Assembly (NCBI GenBank): GCA_965228735.1
Contig: OZ245838.1
Location: 6,368,001 to 6,432,000, forward strand
Reading direction: 5' to 3'
Origin: Planctomycetota bacterium
Lineage (GTDB): Bacteria > Planctomycetota > UBA1135 > UBA2386
Length of the DNA: 64,000 nucleotides
Part shown: positions 18,043 to 27,746 of the stretch, piece by piece
Layout of the letters: each line of letters opens with the position of its first letter
How positions within the stretch are numbered: position 1 is the stretch's first letter
Translations under genes and position numbers: made by a program
The notes under the pieces: generated by a model
The model's database searches: none
The model's input: only the letters and a program-made list of their open reading frames with translations
Told to the model about the DNA's origin: nothing

Positions 18043-20247
18043 GCGGATCGGGCCGAGGAACAGGAAGCCGTTGAGTTCGCCGCCTTCGACTGCGCCGATG
18101 CCGACGTGCAGCGGCGCGATGTTGAGGTCGACGGCGACGAAGCCGCTGCCGCCGACGAGCATGTCCTCGAACTGGTCGTCGCGCTGCGCCCAGGCGCCGC
18201 CGAGCTCGATCGAGGCGCCGACGAAGATCGGGGCGATGCCCTCGTAGATGCGATGCCGGGCCATCACGGTGCCGAACGCGACGTGCTGGCCCGAGATCGA
18301 GCCCGCCGGCAGGCCGGACAGCTGCAGGAAGCCGCCGATCGCCGACCGCGCGTAGCCGGGCCGGGTTTCGCTCAGCGTCGTGTCGTAGGCGGCGATCCCG
18401 GTCAGCGTGAAGTCGGTCCAGGTCGCGGCCTGGAGCCAGGTCAACGCGATCGCCTGGTAGTCCGCGTTGCCGCCCAGGCTTTCGAACCCGGTACTGTAGG
18501 CGAGGGACGCGAGCGTGCCGTCGCTCGGGAACAGGCCCCGGTCGAGCGTGTCGACGACGAGCTCGGCGCGGAACACGCTGTCGTCGAACTCGATCGTCGG
18601 GATCGCGGTTCCCGCGATGTTGAGGCCGACGTCGATGCGGCCGTGGGCCCGGCGCCAGCCGACGCGGAGCTCGGCGCACGAGTTGATCTGCGTGCCGATG
18701 TCGAGCCCACCCGCGAGGTACTCGAACGTCGTCTCGCCGAGCTTCTCGCTGCCGGCGTAGGCATCGGCGGAGGCTTCGATCGCGGCCACGGTCGGCGCGA
18801 CGAACAGTGTCCGGTCCGCGAAGAGCGGCTGGTAGAACTCGAACTCCACGCGCGACTGCAGCCCGATCCCGAGCGACGTGCGAAACTCCGCGCCGAGGGC
18901 GTTGAGGTGTTTCGCCGTGTGCAACGCCTGGATCTGATAGCTCGACGCGTCCTGGAAGTTCGACTGCAGCTGGAGCCCGACCGCGAGCGTGTCGACGCCC
19001 CACTCCTTGTCCTCCGGGCGCACGACGAGATCGGCTTCACCGCCCGCGACGTTCTCGAACGCGAACCCGATGCGCTGCACGTCGTCGGTGCCGTAGAGCG
19101 TGGCGATACCGGCGCGGAGCCGAGTCTCCTCGACTGGTTGCCCCGGCTCGACGCCGAGCCGCGCGCGCAGCACCGGGTCGGGGATGCTGCTCCGGTTGTC
19201 GAGCAGGATCTCGCGAATGCGTGGCAGCGCCCGGTCGGTGCGGCGCTGGCGCTGCAGGAATCGCGCGTATTCCGCCTCGCTGACCGCGAAGCGCCGCAGA
19301 TCGGCGGCAGCCGCCGCCGCCGCGGCCTTGCCGAGGGCGATCAACTCGGCGGCGCGGGCGAACTGTGTCGCGGTGATGTCGCCCAGCTCGGGTTGGATCA
19401 GAAGGTCGCGGTCGGTCAGGCTCGCGAGGCTGCGGTCCACGTTCTGCTGCGTGAGGATCGCGAACATCTGCGTCGTGACGTCGACCAGGTCGGCGACCGC
19501 GTCCTCGTCGGCCAGCGGCGCGCCGATGTCGACGGCGATCACGACGTCGCAGCCGAGCGCGCGCGCGACTTCGATCGGGACGTTGTTCGTGAGGCCGCCG
19601 TCCAGCAGTTCGCGGCCGCCGATTCGCGCGGGGGCGAACACGCCCGGCACCGACATGCTCGCGCGCATCGCCATGGCCAGGTTGCCGTCACCGAGCACGA
19701 CCTGGGCGCCCGTGCCGAGCGCAACCGCGACGCAGCGGAACGGCAGCGGCAGTTCGTCGAAGGTGTCGAGGTCGTGGGCCGCAGTGGTGAGAAAGCGCAG
19801 CTCGGTCTCGAGGTTCTGGCCCTGGATCCAGCCCTTCGGCAGCCCGATCTTCCAGCCGTCGACGCCGAAGCGGTTGGCGCCGACGATGCCGCGCGACTCC
19901 TCCTTGCGGCGGTAGTCGAGCGCCTTGCGCCCGTCGCCGTCGCTCAGCAGGTAGTCCCAGTCGCGGTCGCTGCCCTCGCGCGTGAGCATCCGCTCGAGTT
20001 CGCGCGGCGAGTAGCCGTAGGCGTAGAGGCCGCCGACGATCGACCCCATGCTCGTGCCGACGACGCAGTCGACGGGTACGCGGAGTTCTTCCATGACCTG
20101 CAGGACACCGGCGTGCGCGGCGCCGCGCGCGCCGCCGCCGCTCAGCACGAGGCCGATGCGCGGCCGTTCCTGCGATGCTACCGGCGCCGCGGCAAGGAGC
20201 GCGGCGAGGCCGAGGTGCGAGAGTGGGCGTCGGAGGAACGAGGACAT
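18040..20247 (-). CDS. Patatin-like phospholipase fused to POTRA and Omp85-type beta-barrel (PlpD-like, type Vd)
   Basis: Signal peptide; GGGARG, GTSMG and DGG catalytic motifs; POTRA-like linker; C-terminal amphipathic beta strands. Confidence 0.88.
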   Translation of the reverse strand: MSSFLRRPLSHLGLAALLAAAPVASQERPRIGLVLSGGGARGAAHAGVLQVMEELRVPVDCVVGTSMGSIVGGLYAYGYSPRELERMLTREGSDRDWDYLLSDGDGRKALDYRRKEESRGIVGANRFGVDGWKIGLPKGWIQGQNLETELRFLTTAAHDLDTFDELPLPFRCVAVALGTGAQVVLGDGNLAMAMRASMSVPGVFAPARIGGRELLDGGLTNNVPIEVARALGCDVVIAVDIGAPLADEDAVADLVDVTTQMFAILTQQNVDRSLASLTDRDLLIQPELGDITATQFARAAELIALGKAAAAAAAADLRRFAVSEAEYARFLQRQRRTDRALPRIREILLDNRSSIPDPVLRARLGVEPGQPVEETRLRAGIATLYGTDDVQRIGFAFENVAGGEADLVVRPEDKEWGVDTLAVGLQLQSNFQDASSYQIQALHTAKHLNALGAEFRTSLGIGLQSRVEFEFYQPLFADRTLFVAPTVAAIEASADAYAGSEKLGETTFEYLAGGLDIGTQINSCAELRVGWRRAHGRIDVGLNIAGTAIPTIEFDDSVFRAELVVDTLDRGLFPSDGTLASLAYSTGFESLGGNADYQAIALTWLQAATWTDFTLTGIAAYDTTLSETRPGYARSAIGGFLQLSGLPAGSISGQHVAFGTVMARHRIYEGIAPIFVGASIELGGAWAQRDDQFEDMLVGGSGFVAVDLNIAPLHVGIGAVEGGELNGFLFLGPIR

Positions 20248-20403
20248 GACGTCGCGGCAATCGGGCTGCGGTCGCGGCCCGCGCAGCCTACCTTTCGCCG
20301 GTGCGAACGTCAGCCCTGCTGCGGGTGGTAGCGATCCCATGCGCGGCGCGGAGACGGTAGACTCCTGCGCGTCTGCCCTCGCTTGCCCATCCTTCAGGCT
20401 TTC

Positions 20404-23220
20404 ATGCACCAACTCTCCTCCCTGGGCGCCGTCCTCGCGTGCGCCATCGGCTTCTCCGTCTCGGCTCAGGCCCAGGACGAATCGTCACGCATCCGGCTGC
20501 GCTACGAGTCCTTCGATCCGCTCGCCGGCGAGCCCGCCATGCCGGCGACGCTGCAGAGCCGCGGTGACGAGCGCCTCTTCATCGTCCAGTTCGCCGGCAC
20601 GCCGACGCAGGTCGGTCGCGACGGCATCGACCAGGCCGGTGGTCAGGTCCACGGCTACCTGCCGGACAACGCCTACGTCGTTCGCATGGGCGAACCGAAC
20701 GCCGATGCCGTCCGGTCGCTGCCGACCGTGCGCTGGGTCGGTCGCTACCACGCGGCGTTCCGCCTCGATCCGGCGCTCATCACCGCCATGCAGAACGGTG
20801 ACGTCGAGCGCGCGCGCTACAACATGGTCGTCGTCGACAAGCACAACGACAAGCCGGCGCTCGCGGCCAACATCCGAGCACTCGGTGGCGTGGTCGAGGA
20901 CGAGCACTTCGGCAGCCTGCTGTTCTCGGCGACGCTGACGCAGGATCAGCTCGTGGCGACGGCGCACCTCGACGAGGTGCTCTGGATCGATGCCTGGACG
21001 CCGGACGAGATCGACGTCGACAACGCCCGCATCCAGGGTGGCGCCAACCACGTCGAGTCGCAGGCCGGCTACACGGGTGCCACGATCAACCTGCACATCT
21101 ACGAAGGCATCGACGTCAATCACCCGGCCTACTCGGGGCCGGTCATCAACGTCAACAGCGGCGGTGCGAACTCGGGCCACGGCACGAACACGGCCGGCAT
21201 CGTCTTCGGCAACGGCACGGGCAACCCGCAGTTCCGCGGCTTCGCGCCCGACGCGGGCAAGTTCTACACCAACTACAGCTCGGTCACGACGTCGCGCTGG
21301 CAGGTGTGCAGCGACCTCATCAACGTGCACGACGTGAGTCACACGACCGCGTCATGGGGTGGTGGCCGCACGTTCTTCTACACCTCGGTCTCGGCCGAGA
21401 CGGACGACATCATCTTCGACCACGACATCGCGTGGACGCAGAGCCAGAGCAACGCGGGCAACCAGGACTCGCGGCCGCAGGCCTGGGCGAAGAACATCTT
21501 CTCGATCGGCGGCGTGCGCCACGGCAACAACGCCGATCCGCTCGACGACAGCTGGAGCAACAGCGGCAGCACCGGCCCGGCCCAGGACGGCCGCATCAAG
21601 CCGACGCTCGCCGCCTACTACGATCAGATCGGCACGACCAGCAGCGGCGGTGGCTACACCACGAGCTTCGGCGGCACCTCGGGCGCGACGCCGATCGTGG
21701 CCGGCCACAATGCCCTCGCGATCGAGATGTTCGCCGACGACAGCGGCAGCCCGGGCGTGAACCCGTTCGGCAATCCGCTGCGCGTCCCGGGTGGCACGAC
21801 GCACCAGAACCGGCCGCACTTCACGACGCTGAAGTGCATGCAGGTCGGAAGCGCCGCGCAGTACGCGTTCAATGCGGCCAGCACGGACAACCGTCGCGAG
21901 CACGTGGGCTGGGGCTTCCCCAACCTGCGCAAGCTCTGGGACAACCGCATGAAGACGCTGATCGTCGACGAGACGGACGTCCTGACGCAGGGGCAGAGCA
22001 CCTCGTACACGATCGTCGTGCCGGCGGGTGAGAACAGCTTCCAGGCCGTGCTGCACTACGCCGAGGTCGCCGGCAACCCGTCGGCGCAGAGCCAGCTCGT
22101 CAACAACATGTCGCTGCGCGTCACGTCGCCGAACAACACGGTCTACTGGGGCAACAACGGTCTCGAGCAGGGCAACTGGTCGGTCGCCGGCGGCAGTGAG
22201 GACAACACCAACCCGATCGAGTGCGTCTTCGTGCAGGATCCGGCGCCCGGCAACTGGACCGTCGAGGTCCTCGCGACCGCCATCGTCGTCGACAACCACG
22301 TCGAGACGGCGGCCGTCGATGCCGACTACGGTCTGTTCGTCTCGAGCTCGCGTGACCCGGTGTTCGCGACGTTCGACAAGTACGGTCAGGGCTGCCCCGG
22401 TTCGGTCGTGGAGCCCTATTGCGCCGGACTCAACGAGAACGGTGGTTCGCTCACGAACAACACGAACACCTATGAGTACTGCTTCGTCGTGAGCGGCCTC
22501 GGCAGCGCGCAGGTGCAGAGCTTCGACATCTACACCTACTCCAACTCCGGCACGCTCAACCGTCCGGCCCACATCTACCTGCCGAGCGGCAACGGTCCGA
22601 GCACGACGCCGCTGGCGACGACGACGATCACCGTCGGCTCGACGCCCGGGTTCTACACCGCGACGTTCAACCCGCCGGTCGCCGTGAACGGCACGTTCTA
22701 CATCGGCTACGAGAACTCGCCTGGTGGCATCATCTCGAACCTGAGCTCCGGCGCGACCGGCACGGGCTACTACCGCACCGCGGTGACGGGCTCGTGGAAC
22801 CAATCGAGCCTCGTGCAGCGGCCGTCGTGGCGCGTCAGCTGCAGCAACGGTGGCTTCGCGGCGCCGTCGCTCGGCAACGTCGGGTTGCCGGTGATGGGCA
22901 CGAGCTACGACGTCACGCTCGCCGACGCCGCGGCCTCGGCCGCGACGTTCTCGCTGACCGGGTTCTCGGACACGGTCTACCAGGGCACGGCGCTGCCGGC
23001 GCCGATCCCGGGCGCGCCGGGCTGCGACATCTACGCGGCGCCGGACTTCACGCAGCTGATGTTCACGTCGGCTGCCGGCACCGCGTCGGCGACCTACGCC
23101 GTGCCGACCTCGATGACGTTCCTCGGCTTCGACATCTACCACCAGTGGGCGGTGCTCGACGCGGTCAACTCGATCGGCATCGTGGTGTCCGAGGCCGGCA
23201 AGGCCTCGATCGGGCAGTAG
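20404..23220 (+). CDS. Secreted S8 subtilisin-family serine peptidase with propeptide and C-terminal beta domains
   Basis: Signal peptide (..SAQA-QD); HGTNTAG, GPAQDGRIKP, GTSGATPIVAG and GWGFPNL. Confidence 0.88.
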   Translation: MHQLSSLGAVLACAIGFSVSAQAQDESSRIRLRYESFDPLAGEPAMPATLQSRGDERLFIVQFAGTPTQVGRDGIDQAGGQVHGYLPDNAYVVRMGEPNADAVRSLPTVRWVGRYHAAFRLDPALITAMQNGDVERARYNMVVVDKHNDKPALAANIRALGGVVEDEHFGSLLFSATLTQDQLVATAHLDEVLWIDAWTPDEIDVDNARIQGGANHVESQAGYTGATINLHIYEGIDVNHPAYSGPVINVNSGGANSGHGTNTAGIVFGNGTGNPQFRGFAPDAGKFYTNYSSVTTSRWQVCSDLINVHDVSHTTASWGGGRTFFYTSVSAETDDIIFDHDIAWTQSQSNAGNQDSRPQAWAKNIFSIGGVRHGNNADPLDDSWSNSGSTGPAQDGRIKPTLAAYYDQIGTTSSGGGYTTSFGGTSGATPIVAGHNALAIEMFADDSGSPGVNPFGNPLRVPGGTTHQNRPHFTTLKCMQVGSAAQYAFNAASTDNRREHVGWGFPNLRKLWDNRMKTLIVDETDVLTQGQSTSYTIVVPAGENSFQAVLHYAEVAGNPSAQSQLVNNMSLRVTSPNNTVYWGNNGLEQGNWSVAGGSEDNTNPIECVFVQDPAPGNWTVEVLATAIVVDNHVETAAVDADYGLFVSSSRDPVFATFDKYGQGCPGSVVEPYCAGLNENGGSLTNNTNTYEYCFVVSGLGSAQVQSFDIYTYSNSGTLNRPAHIYLPSGNGPSTTPLATTTITVGSTPGFYTATFNPPVAVNGTFYIGYENSPGGIISNLSSGATGTGYYRTAVTGSWNQSSLVQRPSWRVSCSNGGFAAPSLGNVGLPVMGTSYDVTLADAAASAATFSLTGFSDTVYQGTALPAPIPGAPGCDIYAAPDFTQLMFTSAAGTASATYAVPTSMTFLGFDIYHQWAVLDAVNSIGIVVSEAGKASIGQ

Positions 23221-23335
23221 TCTCGGACTCCCGGGGGCGGGCCGTGCCGGTCCCCGGGTAGGCTGACGATCGCGTTTTCTCGCGATCGGCGTCATACCTC
23301 GGCCCGCCGACCCACTGGCCGGTCGAGGTGACTCG

Positions 23336-26300
23336 ATGACGACCTACGACACTCCCGACGCGCCGCTCGTGGTCGCGGCGTTCCTGGCCCGTTACTTCGC
23401 CGACGCCGAAGCCGGCACGGTTCGCGATCGCAGCGCCTACGAGGCTCTGTTCCCCGGTTTCGCCGCGGTCGTGGCCGCGGAGTACGACCGGCTCGAGCGC
23501 GACCGCGAGGCCGCTGCCAGGCCCGCGGCGCGATCCGACGAGGTCGCGGGCGAACGGCTCGGCGGCTACCGCATCGAGCGTGAGCTCGGACGGGGCGGCC
23601 AGGGGATCGTCTATCTCGCGGTCGACGAACGTCTCGATCGACGCGTCGCGCTCAAGGTTCTGCCGGGCGCATACTCGGCGACCGTGGCGCGGCAGCGGCT
23701 GCTGCGCGAGGCGCAGGCCGCTTCCCGGCTCGACGATCCGGGCATCTGCACCGTCTACGATGCCGGCGAGGAGGACGGGGTCGCGTTCATCGCGATGCAG
23801 CTGGTCGAGGGCGAGAGCTTCGCGGATCGGATCGAACGGGAGCGGCGGGCTGGCAACGCACCGTCGGCCCTGGCGGCGGCGGAGCGTGTGCGCGAGTTGC
23901 TCGCGGCGTTCGAGGCCGTCCTGCGGTCGCTGCACCGGGCGCACGAGAAGGGGCTCGTCCACCGCGACGTCAAGCCGAGCAACCTGATGCTCGCCGCGGA
24001 CGGCACGCCGCGGATCCTCGACTTCGGCCTCGCGTCGTTCGACGATCACCCCGACGGTTCGCTGACGGGCGAGGTCGCGCTCGGCACACCGGCCTACATG
24101 TCGCCGGAACAGCTGACGGCGCGCGAGGGGCGGGTCGACGCGCGCTCCGACGTCTTCTCGCTCGCGGTGACCTTCTACGAGGTGCTGACGCTCGCGCACC
24201 CGTTCGAGGCGCCGACGCGCGAACGGCTCTACCAGCACATTCTCCAGGGCGAGCCGCGCGCGCTGCGCCGTGTGCTCCCGGGCCTGCCGAAGGACCTCGA
24301 CGTCGCGTTGCAGTGTGCGCTCGCGAAGGACCGGACGCGGCGGTACGCGACCGCGCTCGCGTTCGCCGAGGACCTGCGCGCCGTGCGGCTGCGCGAGCCG
24401 ATTGCGGCCCGCCCGGTCGGTTGGCCCGGGCGCACGCTGCGCTGGGCGCAGCGTAATCCGGTCGTGGCCGGGCTCGCCGCGCTGCTGTTCGTCACGCTCA
24501 CGGCGTCGGCGGTGTTCTTCGCGATGCAGAGCGCCCGGCTCGGCGACGCGCTGCGCGCGACGGAGGACTCGCGCGCCACCGCCGCCAGCGCACTCGTCCG
24601 CGAACGCGCTGCCCGCGAACGGGCCGAGGGCCTGCACCTCGTCGGCATGGCGCGGTCGCAGCTCGGCGAGGACCCGGAGCTCGCGCTGCTGCTCGCGCGG
24701 GCGAGTCGGCGACGGCTCGATCATCATCTGACGCGCAGCACGCTGCGCGCAGCTCTCGAACGCTGGCAGCCGCGGCCGTTCGTGCCGGGCGTCGACGCGG
24801 CGAGCTGGGTGCGGCTCGAGCCGGGCGGGCAGCGCGTCGCCATCGGCAACGGCGACGAGGTCGTGCTGTTCGATCGCCGGACGAACGCGGAGATCGCGCG
24901 GCTGCCGTGCCCCGGTGCGTCGTCGAGCCGGCTGTGGTGGTCGGACGACGGCGCGCACTTCGTGCTCGCGCCGGGCAACGACCTCAACCGCTACGTCGAC
25001 GGCACGGTCGCGGACGGACCGTTGACCGTCACGCTGCACGATGGTGCGACGGGTGCGCAGCTCGCCGAGCTCGGTGGCCATCGCGGCCGGCTCACCGCGG
25101 TCGACTTCGAGGCCGGCTGGGTCGCGACCGGCGACAGCGCACCACAGATCGCCGCGCCGCGCGGCGGCACGGTGCGGGTGTTCGAGCTCGCCGCAGCGAC
25201 GGCAGGTCCCGCGTTCGAACTCGACGGTGCGGGCCAGGGCGTCGCGATCGTGCGCTTCTTCGGCCCCGAGCGCGCCGGCCGCTGGCCGGACCTCGAGGTC
25301 GTGAGTCGTGACGGTGAGTTCCGGCGCTTGCAGGGCGGTCGCGGCGTCGTGCTCGAATCGCGTCGGCTCGTCGAGCCTGGCACGAAGCGCCTGCCGGAGC
25401 TCCATCTCGGGAGGTCCGGCGAGGTGTTCGTGCGTGCGGCCGACGAACTCCGGCGGTACGAGGCGCGCACGGACGACGAGCCGACGGTCGGGCCGCGGAC
25501 CGCCGGGGCCCACATGCTCACGCACGCGGGCGGCCTGGTGTGCTGGAGCGACACGGCCGCCGTGCTCGTCGATGCGGGCAGCCTGGAGCGGCTGCGTGAA
25601 TTCGTCATGCCGCCGCGCGAGATCGTGCAGCTCGACATGGGGCGCCAGATCGCCGCGCAGGCGTCGTTCACGAGCACGACGCGCACGACGTTCTACGAGA
25701 CGACCGCGGTCGCGGCGTTCGCCGATGGCTCGTGTCGGGTGTGGTCCCTGCCGACCGGCGAGTTCCGCGACGTCCCGCCGATCGGCGGTGGCATCGTCGC
25801 TGCGGATTTCGCGCAGCAGGGCGCGGTCGCGGCGGTCATCGACCCGACCGGCCGCGTGCGCACGTTCGAGCTGTTCGGCGCCCCGTTGTTGCCGGCGGTG
25901 ACGGGGGTGACCGATCATACGTTCGACGCGCTGCACCCGGATGGCCGGCGGGTGGTGACCTTCCGTGACGGCGACGCTCTCTGCGTCGACCTCGCGACGG
26001 CCGCGGTCCTCTGGGAAGTCGATCCGCGCGCGGGCGCGCAGTTCGAAGTCGCGACCTGGAGTCCGGACGGCGCGGTCTGCGCGATCGGTGCTGACGACGG
26101 GGAAGTTCGCCTCGTTCGGGCCCTCGACGGGTCGGTCGAGCACCGGATCGCAGGTGCGGGCCGTGAGGTGCTCGAGCTGTCGTTCTCTGCGGACGGCCGC
26201 ACCCTCGCACTCTCGCGCCACGGGGTCGAGTTCTGCGACCGCGAGTCCGGTGAGCTACGCCCGGCGCCGGCTGCGATCGGGGAGCATGCGGTCAGCGTCG

Positions 26301-26998
26301 CGCTGAGTTCGGCGAGCGAGAACGTGCTCTACGCGCACACGACGTCGAGTCAGATCCGCTCGCCGGCCGGCGAACTCGTCGGAAGAACGGCGGGTGGGCA
26401 GAGTGACGACCCGTGGTCGCTCGGCGTCCCGGCCGGGGTCGGTGGCCCGTTCGTGCTGCTCTGTCGGCAGCACGTCGGACTGCGGCAGCAGGTCGGCGGC
26501 GACGGCGAGGCCTGGCTGGTCGATCTGCGTGACGGGGCGCGGCACGAGCTTCCAGGGGGGCCGTGGGGGCGTGGCGGTATCGCGCCGGGCGGCGACTACG
26601 TCGTGTTGCCCGACCCGGCCGGCGGCCTCGTCGTCTACGACCCGGAGACGCGGCAGTTCGGCGAGCCGCTGCGCGGCCATGATCGGCCACTGAACCACGT
26701 TCGCTTCTCGGCGGACGGCGCGCTGTTCGCGACGGGCTGGGCGTCACGGGGCTTCGCGAAGAAGCTCGATGGCCGGCGCGTCTGCGTCTGGTCGCGCGCC
26801 GGTGAGCTCGTGCAGCGCTTCGACTTCGACCGTGCGAGCATCAGCTGGTTCGACCTCTCGGCGGACGGCGAGTGGGTCCTGATCAAGACGTCGGACGGCG
26901 AGCTGCGCCGGTATCCGGTGCAGCCCCTGCGCATCGTCGCGGCGCTGCAGCTGCGCGATTTCACCGCGGCCGAACGGGAGCGTTTCGGGCTACGGTGA
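23336..26998 (+). CDS. Hanks-type Ser/Thr kinase with TM helix and WD40 beta-propeller
   Basis: LGRGGQGIVY, VALK, HRDVKPSN, DFG and GTPAYMSPEQ; a TM helix; WD40-like repeats (LRGHDRPLNHVRFSADG). Confidence 0.93.
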   Translation: MTTYDTPDAPLVVAAFLARYFADAEAGTVRDRSAYEALFPGFAAVVAAEYDRLERDREAAARPAARSDEVAGERLGGYRIERELGRGGQGIVYLAVDERLDRRVALKVLPGAYSATVARQRLLREAQAASRLDDPGICTVYDAGEEDGVAFIAMQLVEGESFADRIERERRAGNAPSALAAAERVRELLAAFEAVLRSLHRAHEKGLVHRDVKPSNLMLAADGTPRILDFGLASFDDHPDGSLTGEVALGTPAYMSPEQLTAREGRVDARSDVFSLAVTFYEVLTLAHPFEAPTRERLYQHILQGEPRALRRVLPGLPKDLDVALQCALAKDRTRRYATALAFAEDLRAVRLREPIAARPVGWPGRTLRWAQRNPVVAGLAALLFVTLTASAVFFAMQSARLGDALRATEDSRATAASALVRERAARERAEGLHLVGMARSQLGEDPELALLLARASRRRLDHHLTRSTLRAALERWQPRPFVPGVDAASWVRLEPGGQRVAIGNGDEVVLFDRRTNAEIARLPCPGASSSRLWWSDDGAHFVLAPGNDLNRYVDGTVADGPLTVTLHDGATGAQLAELGGHRGRLTAVDFEAGWVATGDSAPQIAAPRGGTVRVFELAAATAGPAFELDGAGQGVAIVRFFGPERAGRWPDLEVVSRDGEFRRLQGGRGVVLESRRLVEPGTKRLPELHLGRSGEVFVRAADELRRYEARTDDEPTVGPRTAGAHMLTHAGGLVCWSDTAAVLVDAGSLERLREFVMPPREIVQLDMGRQIAAQASFTSTTRTTFYETTAVAAFADGSCRVWSLPTGEFRDVPPIGGGIVAADFAQQGAVAAVIDPTGRVRTFELFGAPLLPAVTGVTDHTFDALHPDGRRVVTFRDGDALCVDLATAAVLWEVDPRAGAQFEVATWSPDGAVCAIGADDGEVRLVRALDGSVEHRIAGAGREVLELSFSADGRTLALSRHGVEFCDRESGELRPAPAAIGEHAVSVALSSASENVLYAHTTSSQIRSPAGELVGRTAGGQSDDPWSLGVPAGVGGPFVLLCRQHVGLRQQVGGDGEAWLVDLRDGARHELPGGPWGRGGIAPGGDYVVLPDPAGGLVVYDPETRQFGEPLRGHDRPLNHVRFSADGALFATGWASRGFAKKLDGRRVCVWSRAGELVQRFDFDRASISWFDLSADGEWVLIKTSDGELRRYPVQPLRIVAALQLRDFTAAERERFGLR

Positions 26999-27684
26999 TG
27001 ACGATGATCCCGCCCGAGGAGCTCGACACGCGGGCGCACGTCCAGCGCGCCGTCGTCGGGGGCGACGCCGCGAGCCTCGAGATCCTGATCGCACGGCTGT
27101 CGCCGCTGCTGCTCGCGCAGGCGCGGTTGCGGATCGGGCCCGCGCTGCGGCGGGTGATCGAACCCGAGGACCTCGTGCAGGAGGTCTGGGCGATCGCGTT
27201 GCCGCGGCTGCCCGAGCTCGGGCGGCGACCCGGGAGCGCCGGCGAACGTTGCGCATCGGGCGCATTCCGATCGGCCGAACTCGAACCTGCCGAACTCGAA
27301 CCTGGCATCCTGGTGGCGTTCCTCGCCCGCACGCTGACCTATCGCTGCAATGACCTCGTGCGGAAGTACATCGCCGGCAAGCCGCGCGCGCACGGCTCGT
27401 CCGTCGGCATGCTCGCTCGGCTGCCGGGCGACCAGAGCGGGGCCGTGACGCGGGCGGTCCGCCGCGAGACGGACGACATCGTCCGGGCCGCGATCGACCG
27501 GCTCGACGAGTTGGACCGGCAGGTCGTCGTGATGCGTGGCATCGAGCGCCACGCGCACGCCCAGATCGCGGCCGTCACGGGGCTGACCGCGAACACCGTC
27601 GCAGCCCGGTATCGCCGGGCCTTGCACAAGCTGTCGGAGCTGCTGCCAGCCGAGATCGCGGCGCTGTTCGCCGTCGCGACTTGA
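26998..27684 (+). CDS. ECF-type sigma-70 factor (planctomycete kinase-associated type)
   Basis: RLRIGPALRRVIEPEDLVQEVW and region 4 (LDELDRQVVVMR..AQIA..NTVAARYRRAL); TGATG overlap with the kinase stop. Confidence 0.85.
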   Translation: MTMIPPEELDTRAHVQRAVVGGDAASLEILIARLSPLLLAQARLRIGPALRRVIEPEDLVQEVWAIALPRLPELGRRPGSAGERCASGAFRSAELEPAELEPGILVAFLARTLTYRCNDLVRKYIAGKPRAHGSSVGMLARLPGDQSGAVTRAVRRETDDIVRAAIDRLDELDRQVVVMRGIERHAHAQIAAVTGLTANTVAARYRRALHKLSELLPAEIAALFAVAT

Positions 27685-27746
27685 CGCCAAAGCCGGTCGT
27701 GGATGCACTATAGGACGCCCGCGCTTTCGCTCGGGCGGGACGCATC

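Noticed and set aside
17871..27746. Mobile element or genomic island inside the fds operon
   Set aside because: I saw no integrase, transposase, tRNA site, target-site duplication or compositional shift. It is kept only as an operon-split observation.
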